A DNA stretch of 64,000 nucleotides from Verrucomicrobiia bacterium (GTDB taxonomy: Bacteria > Verrucomicrobiota > Verrucomicrobiia > Limisphaerales > UBA1319). Both the position numbers and the translations under genes were made by a program. Shown here piece after piece: positions 18,685-30,200 of this stretch (position 1 is the stretch's first letter; the number at the start of each line of letters is the position of its first letter). The notes under the pieces are model-generated. The model did no database searches. It worked only from the letters and a program-made list of their open reading frames with translations, and was not told where the DNA came from. The stretch lies in contig OY760937.1 of NCBI GenBank assembly GCA_963664225.1, positions 3,488,001-3,552,000 on the forward strand. The letters are read 5' to 3'.

Positions 18685-21600
18685 ATGGTCACAAGAACTG
18701 CTCCTCGATTTGCATTGGGTATCGCCTGTTTGGTGTTTCCTTTTTTGGGGCTTGCGCAGCCTCTTGACCATTTCTCCTGCAACACCGCCTCTGGTTTTGC
18801 CACCAATGAAATCCCTTTCGCCGTCACCCTGCAGGCGATGGGCATGGATGGTCTCCCAGCCGCTACCTGGCAGGGACAAATCGCACTCACCGCGTCCACG
18901 GCAAAACCGGGCACCCCGATCATCACGGAGGTCTTCAGCGCAGGCGGTGTGATTGAAATTGGAAATCCCGGGCCCGAGCCTGTGGATCTCAGCAATTGGG
19001 AGATCCAAGCGCTGCCATGTTATCCTGCTTATTATTCTCCTCCGACCGCGCCGAACGCCCGGCTTCGTTTCCCCGACGGCACCGTATTGCCGAGCCAAAG
19101 TGTATTGACGTGGTCCGATCACGGGGTGGCGCCTGGCGCTTTTCCGGCATTTGTCAGTTCGAAGCGCTTTTCTTCTCAAGTCGGCACCTTCTGCATTGCG
19201 CGATTATTGAACGCTGGAGGGGATGCAATGGATGAAGTTTATCTGAACCATTCCGCTCCGGCCCCTCCGAGTGCGTTATGGAAGGGCTATGGCCTTCCGG
19301 CATGTCCGGTCAACCTCAGTTACGGTCGGTTCGGCGCCTCCAGCCATTTTAACGGTTTGGACTGGCGGACAAACACTCCCTCCCTGGGAGTCATGAATCC
19401 AGACCTGCAACGGCCATGGACCAACTCAGACTGGTTCCTCTCCACCTCGCCATCGATGATTCACATGAGCAATGGCGTATGGACCGGCTTCGTCACTGTG
19501 TCTGGAGGAAATCATGGAGCTTTTTTACTCAATGCAAACAACGGCGAAGGAGTCTCCGGTGCGAGCGCCCCGATCGCGCTGGTTGACAGCCCCGCGATCA
19601 AGCTCGTGGTTCCTCCCGGTGTCAGCGCCGCTTCGGAGTTGACGGCCGGTTTTGCCGGTTACCTCACGATCCTTCTCCCTACAGCGTCATCGAACGATCT
19701 TCCGGTCAGCATCACCCTCAGTGACACCAACGAATTCATCGCTCCCACCAAGGTCGTCATTCCCGCGGGATCAAACACCGTCCAGGTGCCCATTACCAAT
19801 TTTGATGATAGCATCGCCGATGGCGACGCACTCGTCAGGCTCTCGGTGGGTGCTTCAGGCTATTCCACAGTTTCCGTCACCCTGACGAATTCGGATGATG
19901 AGTCGGGGACTCTCTACTTGATGGTACCCGCTTCACTGCCGGAAGATTACAGCTTTGGCACTGAACAGGGACAGGTTTTCCTGTCCGAAGTGGCGCGACA
20001 CGATGTGCTGGTGCGGCTGAGGGCCGACCCTCCCATTGAGATCCCCGATTCGCTCATCATTCCAAAAGGCCGGCTTTCCCAATCCTTCCCCTTGGTTGTC
20101 GTCGGCGATTCATTGGTCAACCCAGTCCCATGGCGGGCGCGTGTTCAAGCGCAGACAGGCAGTTGGCCCTGGGCTGAGGGGATCCTCCAACTGATTGATG
20201 ACGCGAATGGCGGTTTTTCCTTCACCCTGCCCCCTTCAATGGTGGAGGGAACGACCGCAACCGGTCAGATCCTGGTGAACACCCCCCACGAGAGGGAGAC
20301 CATCTTCACTCTGATTTCCAGCGCGCTCAATTTGAAAGTTCCGACAACGGTCACCTTGGCTGCGGGATCCCTCGGCACAAACTTTGTCATCGAGGCTGTG
20401 GATAATGCGGCGACGAATTCCACTGTTCAGGTGCAGGTGTATGCCCAAACAGAAGGCCAATCCTCGATTTCTCAGACGGTTTCGATTCAAGACGACGAGG
20501 TCAATCTTTATGGCCTGGCTTTGCAGTGGATTCCACCGGTGGTGTTTTCAGGCCAGCCTTTTGCCTTTTCCGCCAGTCTTGTGGACCCCGGCCAGCAACC
20601 TCAGTTTACCAATGCCCTGGGTCAAATAGACCTGGCTGGGGTGGGCAGCGAGGCCCGGATCGACCCGAATATTAATCCCGCGCAGTTTACCAACGGGTTC
20701 TGGACCAATAATATTCTGATCGAGGGAGAGGCCTTTGGAGTGCACCTTGATGTCTCCGCGGCCGGTTTTCAGGCCAGCAGTTCCCAGTTTGATGTTTTAA
20801 AGGGCTGCAACATTCCCATCGCCCTTTCTGACGCCGTCTGGAACAAGGTCAGCGGACAATTCCTGGTTGCGGAATCGCCGCAGGGCAATGTTCCGGCCCG
20901 ACTCACTGAGATTGATCCCTGGACAGGCGCCCGGGGGCGAACCATGGATTTGCCCAAAGCCGCCAAACACGTGGCCGTCTCGGCCGACGGCCAGGTGGCC
21001 TGGCTGGCCACGACCGCAAACACTTTTCAACGCATTGATCTGGCGGGCTGGCACTTTGACCGCGAGTATCCAATCAATGCCTCGAACACCAACGCGTTTG
21101 CAGTGGAGATCGCCGCCCTGCCCGGAGACTCTGAACGCTTCGTAGCCGCAGTTTACTCAAGTTCGGCCTATAAGCTGGTTGTTTATGACCACGGACAGCC
21201 GCTTGTCAAAAGCGCCACACTGCCGGGTCCGGGCGACTTTACAACGCTTGTCCTGGGGCGCACCGGCGAAGTGTTCTGCCTATCGTATAGTTATTTGAGT
21301 CGGCTCATGGTTGTTTCAAATGGAGTTGCATTGGATCGGGCGGTGTTCGTGTCTAGTTCCTACGGTTGGATTCCCAATCTTTTTTACGAGGACGGCAAGC
21401 TGTTGCGAGGGACGGGCGAGATGTTTTTGGCTGACACACTGGCAAGTGCCGAACCATTTCCGACGACTCCCACTGTGCTTGGCATTCTGTGCGCGGACAA
21501 GAACAAGGCCTTGTTCGTTGAAGGGGATCTTCTTAAGGCTTACGATCTGACAAGCCATCAGGTGCAAGGCTCACACTCATTCCCCTATTCAATTGGATCT

Positions 21601-24600
21601 GCTCCCCGGTTCCTGCGTTGGAGTCAGAATGGTTTTGCCATCTTCATGCCCGGCCAGTCCCTCACCATATTTCAAACACCGCTTTTGACCACCAACCTGC
21701 CGGACCTGGTGCTGACGGCGCATGTCCCAGAAACAAATTTCAAGCCCACCAACGTTGATCTCGCAAACTTCAACTGGGAATTTGGAATTACCAACCACGG
21801 GTCAGGCATGGCGCCAGCCGTTGTGCTTCACCTTAATACCGGCACCACCCGATCCTTGGGCACCCTGGCCCCCGGTGAAGGTGTTTCCGTGATGATTCCA
21901 CCAGCCAACATCTATATGGGTGGGATTGCGAGCGTCACGGCCACTGTTGATTGCGACCTTGCGGACTCGAATCCTCAAGACAATACCACCACGGCAACTA
22001 TTCGCATTGGAACACAAGCGATGCCTTCAACAAGCCAGTTGGTTCTGGGCATGACCCATTTGATCGCCTCTCCGACTGGAGACCGCTTATATGCGGCCGT
22101 GGCGAAATCCGCCGGAGAGCTTGTTGACGGTGTCGCCGTTGTGAATCCTGAAACAGGAACAGTGGAAGAGATTCTGCCGATCGGGCCGGAACCAAAGCAT
22201 CTGGCCATCTCATCCGACGGCGGCAATCTTTACGTCCTTCTGGGAACCAATCAACTGGTCCGGTGGAATCTTAAGGCCAGCACCAATGATCTTTCCATCT
22301 GTTTTACCAATGAAACCGTCTTCGATTTTGCCCCTGTTCCAGGATCGCCTCGCAGCCTTGTGGTTGCCACCTCGGGGAGAATTGCAGTTTTTGATGATGA
22401 TCAGATGCGCCCAACCACTTATACAGGCATGGGCGAACGTCGCTATGTGGGATTCACAGGAAACATACTGTGGGTGTCGGAACCCGGTTATTTGACATCG
22501 CTTAATCTCTCCTCTGCGGGGCTTTCCACGATCTCAACCAGAACATTTGGCCGTTATGCGGATTATTGCAGTCCATTTACCAGCGATGACACCCATCTCT
22601 TCTTCAGTGGCGCCATCTTTGATGCCACGCAGGGACTAAGGCATGATTTATACGGCGACCAGTTTGCCGCGGATGCCGCCAATGGCTGTGCCTTCACCAT
22701 CGTGGGAAACACCTTGTGCAAGTATTCGCTGGGATATTATGACCTGACGGGCCAACAATGGCTTCCGGTGCGTACCGATATTTACCCTTCTGCCGCGGAT
22801 CCCGTGCGTTGGGGTAAAGGCGGGCTGGCATTTCGTAGCGGGCAGCAATTGCTCATGGTCCGCACCCCGCTTGTTCCCGATGCAACCAAAGTGAATTTGA
22901 GCATCTCCATCACCCCGCCGGTCGCGCCAGCTCCCTACGAAATGATGGAATGGTCGATCACGCTGACAAATAATTCCGATGTGGCCGCCGCCCGCACCAT
23001 GTTTGCAGCCAATTGGGGAGATACGTACGACCTGCAAGTCGAGGGAGCGTACTCGTATCAAAGTTATTCCACCCTTCTCTACGAGGCGGGAGACTTTCCC
23101 GCTCATTCCTCGGCCACTGTCAAAATACGCGGCCGGAGCTCTCTGTATGAAGGTAATTTTAGCATGACCGCCAGCATTCAAACCGCCGCAACTGACACCA
23201 ATCTTATCGACAATGCCACCACGGTTTCCGTGTTGATAAAGAATGAGCCGGCAGATTTGGGCATCCGCATAACTCCAACTCTGGAGCGATTACACGTCGG
23301 TGATGAGTTCGAGGCGGCAATCATCCTTACCAATGCCGGTCCTGGTCTCGGAAAGGAAATCGCCATTCGTCTTTCTGGAACGGACGCGTTTCAATTCCTT
23401 GGAATCAAGGACGACGCTTACCCCATGGGCACCATTGGCCCCGTTTTGGGTAATGTGGCACCCCACGAAAGTAGAACGGTCGTGCTTCGATTTAAAGCCC
23501 TGCTACCGGAACAAACGGCCATTTCTGTTAGTACATCTTGCGTGGTTCCAGATCCAAATCTGACAGACAATCAATTCACATCCTGGATCTATGTGTATCC
23601 AAATCAGACAAACCAGATTCTCACAGAACTACAGTATCCGACAGGGGCGATTTGGGCGTGGGATCGTTCCAGGCAACAAGTAATCGCTGCGTTCCCTTAC
23701 AATGCGCAGTCGTTGTTTATCCTGGATCCCGTCAGGTTGGAACCCCTGCGTGAGATTCCATTGCCCGGGTACCCTGAATTTATTGCACCATGTGACAACG
23801 GCATCCATGCCTGGGTGTCCTATGGAGGTGGCAGCGCAGTGCGTGTCAATCTTGAAACTGGTGCACTGGATCTTCAGTTTAATTACTATCCCTCCCAGTC
23901 TCGGGTTTACTCCATTGCCACACCTCCCGGCCAATCTAATATTCTGGTCGTCTGCTTTGCTCCGGGGTGGTATGAAACCGTTAATTTAAAAATCTTTGAT
24001 AAGGGTATTCCTTTATCAAGCGACTCCGGGACGACGACCTGGAGGGGATTGGGAGTGCCCATGCAATTTACGCCAGACGGGAGGCTTTTTACAGTCTTGC
24101 CCCAAGTTCTCCAGGAATTCAAGGTGACCCCGGTTGGGCTTGAGGTTGTCGGGCAATGGGAGCCTGCCGGACTTTCCACCAATCCTGCCTATAGTTACGC
24201 TTCCAACCGGCTCTTCTTTGTCTCGGGAAAGGTCCTTGATCTGTCAACATTTGCCGTGGACGATACGTTGCTGAATGGGTCTCCACTTGTTGCCGATAAT
24301 GAAACCGGTTTTGCTTACGTGGCGACTGCAAGCCGAATGTCTTTGGGAGGAAATCCGATGATAATCAGCCGTTACGACGTCACGACCCTGGCGCTGAAAT
24401 GGCAGCAGGATTTCCCAATGCCATATTCAGAGGTCTCTGGTATTCTCCCCATGGGAACGAATGGATGTCTCATCATTGGAAACAAAGTCTGGCTATTGCA
24501 TCCGGATCAAACAGGGACTGCCAAACCGGATTTGGATCTGGCGCTTTCGGTGGATTCGGTTTCCTTTGAAGAATCGGTCCCATTTCCAGTCCACGTGGCA

Positions 24601-25746
24601 ATAACCAACAGGTCAGGTTGGGTTTCACAAGTAACCACGTTATCATTGGATTTGCCCTCCGGACTTGTTTTCGCGCCGGGAAGCACCTATGCCGGAACCA
24701 ACTCAGCAACAATTGACCTCGGGCTGGTTTCTCGCGGGACAAACCTCACATTTCTCGTGTCAGCCCTCACGAATGGTTCCTTCACTATTCATGGCGCGCT
24801 GACAAATGTTATTATGGATCATGCGCCTGCGGTCAACCAGCAGGAGCTGCTCGTCAATGTGATGGCTCCACCGATCTTCCTCTTCGATGACATCGCGGTT
24901 CTCGACGGGGCTGCCTATCAGGATGCCGACCTGACTGGGCGACTTTCCCGCCCGGCAACTAAGGATATCCGTGTCTCCTGGAGCATTACACTCCTGACGG
25001 CTCAAGCCAAAGATTTCTCGGAGACGTCCGGGGTTTTTCTGTTTCCTGCAGGTCGGACAACGGCCATATGCACGCCAATCGCGTCACATTATCTTCCAGC
25101 GCCGGACAAGACGGCGCTCCTGACCTTTACGTCGAGCGATGTGTTTCTGGCTCGGAGCAATGCGCTGCTGACCATCCTTAACGATGACTTTCCCCAGGTG
25201 AGCGTCACAAATGTCACTGTGGTCGAGGGAAATTCATCGATCACCAATGCCGGATTCAAAGTCACCCTGTCCGCGTCGGCCCCTTTTCCTGTTGATGTGC
25301 GCTTTCAAATGGCACCCGGGACCGCGACTCCAGGGTTGGACTACATTTCACGCCAGGGCTGGCTCCACTTCAATTCTGGCGAAACGGTCAAAACCATTTC
25401 AGTTCCCGTCATTGGTGATACGATTTACGAGCCCAACGAAACGGCCAGCTTTGTGCTGCTGGAAGCGGTCAATGCGGGTTTCGCATCCAGCCAGGGATTA
25501 TTGACAATTAAGAACGACGATAGACCATCCCCTTCGGTCCTCTCGTTGGATGCGAACACCGGTGGGCTCCAGATCCGCTTTCAATCCGAGCCTGGCGCCA
25601 TTTACCAGATGCAAAGCCGCACCAACCTGACAACCGATGGCTGGCACACGATGCCCGGAACACTCCAGGGCGATGGCAGCCAGATGGCCTTCCCTCTATC
25701 TGAGCCAATGAGGGACTCCGTTTTCTTCAGAGTGACCGCCAAATAG
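18685..25746 (+). CDS. Giant secreted/surface protein A: lamin-tail-like, beta-propellers, DUF11-like and Calx-beta domains
   Basis: About 2350 aa open frame; signal-like N-terminus; IITEV...IEIGN...VDLSNW; repeated DL-x-L...TNxG...D-x-N-x-x-DN; VVEGNS...GTATPGLDY...GDTIYEPNE; start may be 18652. Confidence 0.85.
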   Translation: MVTRTAPRFALGIACLVFPFLGLAQPLDHFSCNTASGFATNEIPFAVTLQAMGMDGLPAATWQGQIALTASTAKPGTPIITEVFSAGGVIEIGNPGPEPVDLSNWEIQALPCYPAYYSPPTAPNARLRFPDGTVLPSQSVLTWSDHGVAPGAFPAFVSSKRFSSQVGTFCIARLLNAGGDAMDEVYLNHSAPAPPSALWKGYGLPACPVNLSYGRFGASSHFNGLDWRTNTPSLGVMNPDLQRPWTNSDWFLSTSPSMIHMSNGVWTGFVTVSGGNHGAFLLNANNGEGVSGASAPIALVDSPAIKLVVPPGVSAASELTAGFAGYLTILLPTASSNDLPVSITLSDTNEFIAPTKVVIPAGSNTVQVPITNFDDSIADGDALVRLSVGASGYSTVSVTLTNSDDESGTLYLMVPASLPEDYSFGTEQGQVFLSEVARHDVLVRLRADPPIEIPDSLIIPKGRLSQSFPLVVVGDSLVNPVPWRARVQAQTGSWPWAEGILQLIDDANGGFSFTLPPSMVEGTTATGQILVNTPHERETIFTLISSALNLKVPTTVTLAAGSLGTNFVIEAVDNAATNSTVQVQVYAQTEGQSSISQTVSIQDDEVNLYGLALQWIPPVVFSGQPFAFSASLVDPGQQPQFTNALGQIDLAGVGSEARIDPNINPAQFTNGFWTNNILIEGEAFGVHLDVSAAGFQASSSQFDVLKGCNIPIALSDAVWNKVSGQFLVAESPQGNVPARLTEIDPWTGARGRTMDLPKAAKHVAVSADGQVAWLATTANTFQRIDLAGWHFDREYPINASNTNAFAVEIAALPGDSERFVAAVYSSSAYKLVVYDHGQPLVKSATLPGPGDFTTLVLGRTGEVFCLSYSYLSRLMVVSNGVALDRAVFVSSSYGWIPNLFYEDGKLLRGTGEMFLADTLASAEPFPTTPTVLGILCADKNKALFVEGDLLKAYDLTSHQVQGSHSFPYSIGSAPRFLRWSQNGFAIFMPGQSLTIFQTPLLTTNLPDLVLTAHVPETNFKPTNVDLANFNWEFGITNHGSGMAPAVVLHLNTGTTRSLGTLAPGEGVSVMIPPANIYMGGIASVTATVDCDLADSNPQDNTTTATIRIGTQAMPSTSQLVLGMTHLIASPTGDRLYAAVAKSAGELVDGVAVVNPETGTVEEILPIGPEPKHLAISSDGGNLYVLLGTNQLVRWNLKASTNDLSICFTNETVFDFAPVPGSPRSLVVATSGRIAVFDDDQMRPTTYTGMGERRYVGFTGNILWVSEPGYLTSLNLSSAGLSTISTRTFGRYADYCSPFTSDDTHLFFSGAIFDATQGLRHDLYGDQFAADAANGCAFTIVGNTLCKYSLGYYDLTGQQWLPVRTDIYPSAADPVRWGKGGLAFRSGQQLLMVRTPLVPDATKVNLSISITPPVAPAPYEMMEWSITLTNNSDVAAARTMFAANWGDTYDLQVEGAYSYQSYSTLLYEAGDFPAHSSATVKIRGRSSLYEGNFSMTASIQTAATDTNLIDNATTVSVLIKNEPADLGIRITPTLERLHVGDEFEAAIILTNAGPGLGKEIAIRLSGTDAFQFLGIKDDAYPMGTIGPVLGNVAPHESRTVVLRFKALLPEQTAISVSTSCVVPDPNLTDNQFTSWIYVYPNQTNQILTELQYPTGAIWAWDRSRQQVIAAFPYNAQSLFILDPVRLEPLREIPLPGYPEFIAPCDNGIHAWVSYGGGSAVRVNLETGALDLQFNYYPSQSRVYSIATPPGQSNILVVCFAPGWYETVNLKIFDKGIPLSSDSGTTTWRGLGVPMQFTPDGRLFTVLPQVLQEFKVTPVGLEVVGQWEPAGLSTNPAYSYASNRLFFVSGKVLDLSTFAVDDTLLNGSPLVADNETGFAYVATASRMSLGGNPMIISRYDVTTLALKWQQDFPMPYSEVSGILPMGTNGCLIIGNKVWLLHPDQTGTAKPDLDLALSVDSVSFEESVPFPVHVAITNRSGWVSQVTTLSLDLPSGLVFAPGSTYAGTNSATIDLGLVSRGTNLTFLVSALTNGSFTIHGALTNVIMDHAPAVNQQELLVNVMAPPIFLFDDIAVLDGAAYQDADLTGRLSRPATKDIRVSWSITLLTAQAKDFSETSGVFLFPAGRTTAICTPIASHYLPAPDKTALLTFTSSDVFLARSNALLTILNDDFPQVSVTNVTVVEGNSSITNAGFKVTLSASAPFPVDVRFQMAPGTATPGLDYISRQGWLHFNSGETVKTISVPVIGDTIYEPNETASFVLLEAVNAGFASSQGLLTIKNDDRPSPSVLSLDANTGGLQIRFQSEPGAIYQMQSRTNLTTDGWHTMPGTLQGDGSQMAFPLSEPMRDSVFFRVTAK
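25529..25746 (+). repeat. 218-bp direct repeat (3' end of gene A), second copy 26976-27193
   Basis: 7 mismatches by manual alignment; offset 1447. Confidence 0.95.
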
Positions 25747-25761
25747 AGGCAGGGGCCGCCT

Positions 25762-25944
25762 GCCGTGTTTGTGGCGCAACCAAAGGCATTGCCCGCAATG
25801 CAACTGTAATTCCCGGCGGAATCGAGAGATACGCTGGGAAGGACCAATGTAACATAGGTGGCGCCGTCCAGGTTGGTCCCATTGAACTGCCATTGATAGT
25901 GCATCGGATAAGCTCCTGCCACCCCGGATCCGAGGATTACTTTC
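25762..25944 (-). pseudogene. Diverged fragment of the last Ig domain of giant gene B (copy of 27470-27652)
   Basis: KVILGSGVAGAYPMHYQWQFNGTNLDG...SAGNYSCIAGNAFG versus KVVLRSGVAGAYPMRYQWQFNGTNLDA; about 20 mismatches in 183 bp. Confidence 0.9.
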
Positions 25945-26171
25945 ATAGCCCATTTAAACGTTTGTTTTGAAAAGCTCGTTGGCGATAAATAGAAGTCGAA
26001 GCGAGTGCAAGTGATCACTGGTCGTTTCTGTCCAAAGGCATTTGCTCGAACAGCCAAAATGAACATCATTATGCAATAACGCAGAAAAGTTCAGTATGGA
26101 ACGCTAGTTTGGTTTTCGGGAAGGGCATTCCTGGGAAGTCGCAGATGACAGAATGGCAATCTTTAATCGGA

Positions 26172-26660
26172 TCACTCACCAACGGAAATAAGCAGCCTTT
26201 TTTCCAGCGCCGGGCTGATGAAGAAACGTGCTTCGACGCGCAAGCGGAGGACTTCCGCTTTGAGTGAAGGAATGCGGTTGATCTGGCGTGCGTGCCGCAG
26301 GACACCCAGCACCCCGGTATGGGCAAGACCCAATTGGCGGGCCTTGAGCCGTGCGGCAGATTCATCGAGAAGCACCAGGGACGCTTTCGTCTCCAATGCC
26401 AAGGCAAGAGCCTCTGCCTCTCCCATGTCCAATGCCCGTGCAAGGTCGCTGGGAACACTTCCCACGAGGGGAATAACTCGAAGCCATCCGTCTTTTACCG
26501 CCTCTTCGAGGCATTGGCTGGCACGTGGGTTTGGGTGTCGGCTGAGTTCGGTCCAAACGCCGGGAGGAATTGTCACCACTCCGAGTTGCTCGCGCAGCAA
26601 GCCCAAGCGACCGATGCTGGCAAGGTTGGATAGTGGCGATGTGTTACTGACCGCCAGCAT
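26172..26660 (-). CDS. PIN-domain toxin, DUF3368 type
   Basis: VSNTSPL, IPPGVWTEL, LDMGEAEALALA, LLDESAAR, GVLGVL; start taken at MLAVSN. Confidence 0.88.
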   Translation of the reverse strand: MLAVSNTSPLSNLASIGRLGLLREQLGVVTIPPGVWTELSRHPNPRASQCLEEAVKDGWLRVIPLVGSVPSDLARALDMGEAEALALALETKASLVLLDESAARLKARQLGLAHTGVLGVLRHARQINRIPSLKAEVLRLRVEARFFISPALEKRLLISVGE

Positions 26661-26898
26661 AAAGGAGGTCAGCATCCAAATCGTCGAGACCGTATTGTCG
26701 CGGGATATTTCGCTCCGCCAAGGCAACGCCAAGGGCGTAGCGATCCAGCTTGGCCAGGCGTGCGGCCTGCCCGAGCGACAACCAGCCGCTGGCATAGAAA
26801 CGGCAGGCGAGTTCGATCTGCATGTGCCGCTCCCGTTCCCCCGGCTGCAAAGGAAGGCTGGCGAGAGCTTCCTCGTCAAGATCGAGAGTGATACTCAT
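26644..26898 (-). CDS. UPF0175-family antitoxin
   Basis: ELACRFYASGWLSLGQAARLAKLDR...LAERNIP; overlaps the PIN gene start. Confidence 0.88.
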   Translation of the reverse strand: MSITLDLDEEALASLPLQPGERERHMQIELACRFYASGWLSLGQAARLAKLDRYALGVALAERNIPRQYGLDDLDADLLYAGGQ

Positions 26899-26932
26899 GG
26901 ATTCAACATAAGACATGGACTTGGATTGGCAA
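26899..26932 (-). promoter_or_regulatory. Putative leaderless sigma70 promoter of the UPF0175/DUF3368 pair
   Basis: TTGCCA-N16-TATGTT-N6-ATG. Confidence 0.5.
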
Positions 26933-26975
26933 GCCAATGTGGTGAGGCATAGACTTAATCTGCGACTGAAAAACA

Positions 26976-27193
26976 CCCCTTCGGTCCTCTCGTTGGAAGC
27001 GAACACCGGCGGGCTCCAGATCCGCTTTCAATCGCAGCCTGGCGCCATTTACCAGGTGCAAAGCCGCACCAACCTGACGACCGATGGCTGGCACACGATG
27101 CCCGGAACACTCCAGGGCGATGGCAGCCAGATGGCCTTCCCTCTATCTGAGCCAATGAGGGACTCCGTTTTCTTCAGAGTGACCGCCAAATAA
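26976..27193 (+). pseudogene. Orphan copy of the C-terminal domain of giant gene A
   Basis: PSVLSLEANTGGLQIRF...DSVFFRVTAK, near-identical to the gene A end; no credible own start. Confidence 0.9.
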
Positions 27194-27225
27194 GTGGCGC
27201 AGGCCGCAGGGCGGACGAGCCTTGC

Positions 27226-30200
27226 TCAATGCTCGACCGCCTTGTAAAAGCGGAGGGGTTGGTTCGTTGCTTCAGGATCGCAATACAGGAGCGATCCTGT
27301 CACAGGTGCATTGGTAAAAAGTGGGACCCAATCGACGAGATTGGTTGAGGCCATGATCACGATGTTTCCATGGCCCGACAATTGGTTCAATTGCGAGGCG
27401 AAGCCATTTTGTGAAAGGGTTGAGGGACCTTTGAACACAGACGCGGAGCGCAGCACTGCAAGGGTTGCCGCCGTGTTTGTGGCGGAACCAAAGGCATTGG
27501 CCGCAATGCAACTGTAATTCCCGGCCGAATCGAGAGATACGCTGGGCAGCACCAACGTGACATTGGTTGCGGCGTCCAGGTTGGTCCCATTGAACTGCCA
27601 TTGATAGCGCATGGGATAAGCCCCCGCCACCCCTGAACGCAGGACCACTTTCGCGCCGGTATAGGCCGTCCGATTCAAGAACGTCCTGACTACCCGTGGC
27701 GCTCCGTCGTTTACCAGAACGGCGGCGTGACGGTATCCAGCGGATAAGGCAACGACATTGCTTAGATTATTCGGAACCAGAGGTGTATAAATGTCATAAT
27801 CGCTTGGCATGAGCGTTCCATCGTTTCCCAGAATAAGCGCGTAATCCGTATTGAATGACAGATAAGAACTCGACGCCGATACCGCCGCAATGCCATCAAA
27901 CCCCTGGAAAGCAGGAAGACCTATGGGTTGAACCGCTCCATCCTCCAGGAGCAACCATGCCGTTGCTCTTCCTGCAGCAAGAGTAGTAATATTGCTCGTT
28001 CCCTGGGCAACGTTCAGTCGAGTGGTGATGCCATTGCTTTGCCAGACAGGTCCATTACCCCACTGAACAACGCTGCCATCCGTTTTTAGCGCAAATCCAT
28101 TGCAGTATCCCGCGGAGATTCCCACCACATTGCTCATTGCCAGTGGAATATTTAACTGGCCGTAGGCGTTATCGCCCCAGCCCACCACTGTCCCATCGCT
28201 CTGTAGCGCAAAGGTATCATTGCCTGAGGCGGCAATCGCGGTCACGTTCGTGAGACCCTCGGGAACCGCCAATTGACTATAAGTATTATCACCCCATGCG
28301 GCCACGGTTCCATCGGATTTCAATGCAACCGTGTGATCGAGTCCCGCGCTGATGAACACAACGTTGCTCAAACCAGGAGTTACGTTGGTCTGCCCATAGC
28401 TGTTTCTGCCCCAACAGAGAATCGTGCCGTCATTGCGCAGTGCGGCCGTATGCGATGTACCTGCTGCGACAGCAATCACATTGCTCACTCCCAGCGGCGT
28501 GGCATAGGGTTGGCCAAACCGATCCCAATATTCCAAAACCACAGAGGAACTGACCTCCAAAATTGCATTGGAGCTGATCGCTGTTCCCTGATCGTTGCTG
28601 ATGCGGACATTGTAACTGCCGGCATTGGTGAATTGCAGGCTGGACAATGCAAGCGTGCTGTTTGTCGCACCCGGGATTTCCACGTCATTATAGCGCCATT
28701 GATATTGGAACGGAATCGAGCCTTTTACGGTGACCGCGAAAGTGGCGTTTCCGTTAATGACGGCTGTCTGGTTCGCGGGCTGTTTGGTGATTGAAGGTGC
28801 GGAGCCGTTGACAACCACCTTCATATTCGAGCTGGTGGCGAAGCCAAAATCATTCGTCACGACAACCGTGTAAATTCCGGCATTGGCGAATTGAACATTA
28901 TTCAAGGCCAGCGCGGCATTGGTGGCGCCGGGAAGGTTGGTTCCACTGAAGGCCCATTGGTAGAAGAGCGGGGGGGTGCCTGTCGCGGTAACCGAGAGCG
29001 TTACATTGTTGCCGGCATTGGTGGAGACATCGCTGGAGTTGGCGGTGATGAGCGCCGCGGTGCCACCCGGGACGATTTGAACCTGATCCAGCCAGGCCGT
29101 GCCACCCGCATAAGCAGCGCGCAGTGGATACAGGCTCCAGGTCAGGATATTGGTGCCTGCGCCCAGGTAATGATTCGCCTTTTTCCAGTCCACCGTGCCA
29201 GTAATTGAATTTTGGATCGTGCCATTGATGCCAAACGCCAGGCTATCCCAGAATGAGTCGCAATTGACCTTCCACCAGAAAGTGATGGTGGCAGGTCCGG
29301 CAACTGTTCCTTGTAGAGTGGTTTGCTGGCTGCCGGTAATGAGACCACTCTGGGCCGCAGAGACTCCGTCGTGTGTGGTGTTGGTCTGTGGAAACCATGG
29401 CACGTTGGTCGTGCTCCAGAGGATTCCGGTTTCATTCACCGAGGCGGCCAGGTCGTTGAGGGTGTAAACCTGAAGCAATGCGTTGGTACTTTGGGTTTTG
29501 CCAAAGGCATTGGTGACGACTAAATAATAATTGCCGCCATCAGAGACCTGAATGTTGGTCCGCGTAAGTGTGGGGCCTGTCTGGCCCTCAAGGGGCGAAC
29601 CATTAAGCATCCATTGATAACTGAGGGGATTTGAACCCACAGCGCCTGCACTGAATGTGGCTTGCCCGCCCACCAAGATCTGGAGATTGCCCGTCTGGGT
29701 GAGGATCGTGGGCGCCGAGGGCGTGACAACTAGAATGGCATTGGTGCTGGTGGCCAAGCCAAAATCATTGGTCACCAGGACACTGTAAGTGGCTGCGTGA
29801 TTGGATTGAACATTGGCAATGGTGTAGGAAGTGCCGGTGGCCTCGGGGATGCTTACCAGATTGGAGTACCATTGGTAGGTCATCGGCGGTGTGCCCACGA
29901 CCGCAACCGTGAAGGTTGCGTTGTTTCCCGCGCCAAGGGTCTGGCTTTTGGGTTGTGTGGAAATAGTGGGGATAGTAGCCCCCGGCGTGAAAATGACCTG
30001 GTCGAGATAGGCCGTGCCGGAGTTAAAGGACCCTGGGGCGCTGGCGTTGACCGCTTTCCATGCCAAGGTATGGCGGCCTGGCGCCAGATAAAAGGTGGGA
30101 TTTCCCCAAATGGAACTGCTGTACTGCCGCAGCGAGGCTTGAGCCACCGCATCGACCAGGAATGTAAAGGTCGCATTCATCGAGTCCGTCCACCAAAAGC

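Noticed and set aside
25529..27652. Diversity-generating retroelement TR/VR pair
   Set aside because: Mismatches are not adenine-specific and there is no reverse transcriptase in the window.
25529..27652. Shufflon or invertible C-terminal switch
   Set aside because: Both duplications are direct, not inverted, and no recombinase is present.
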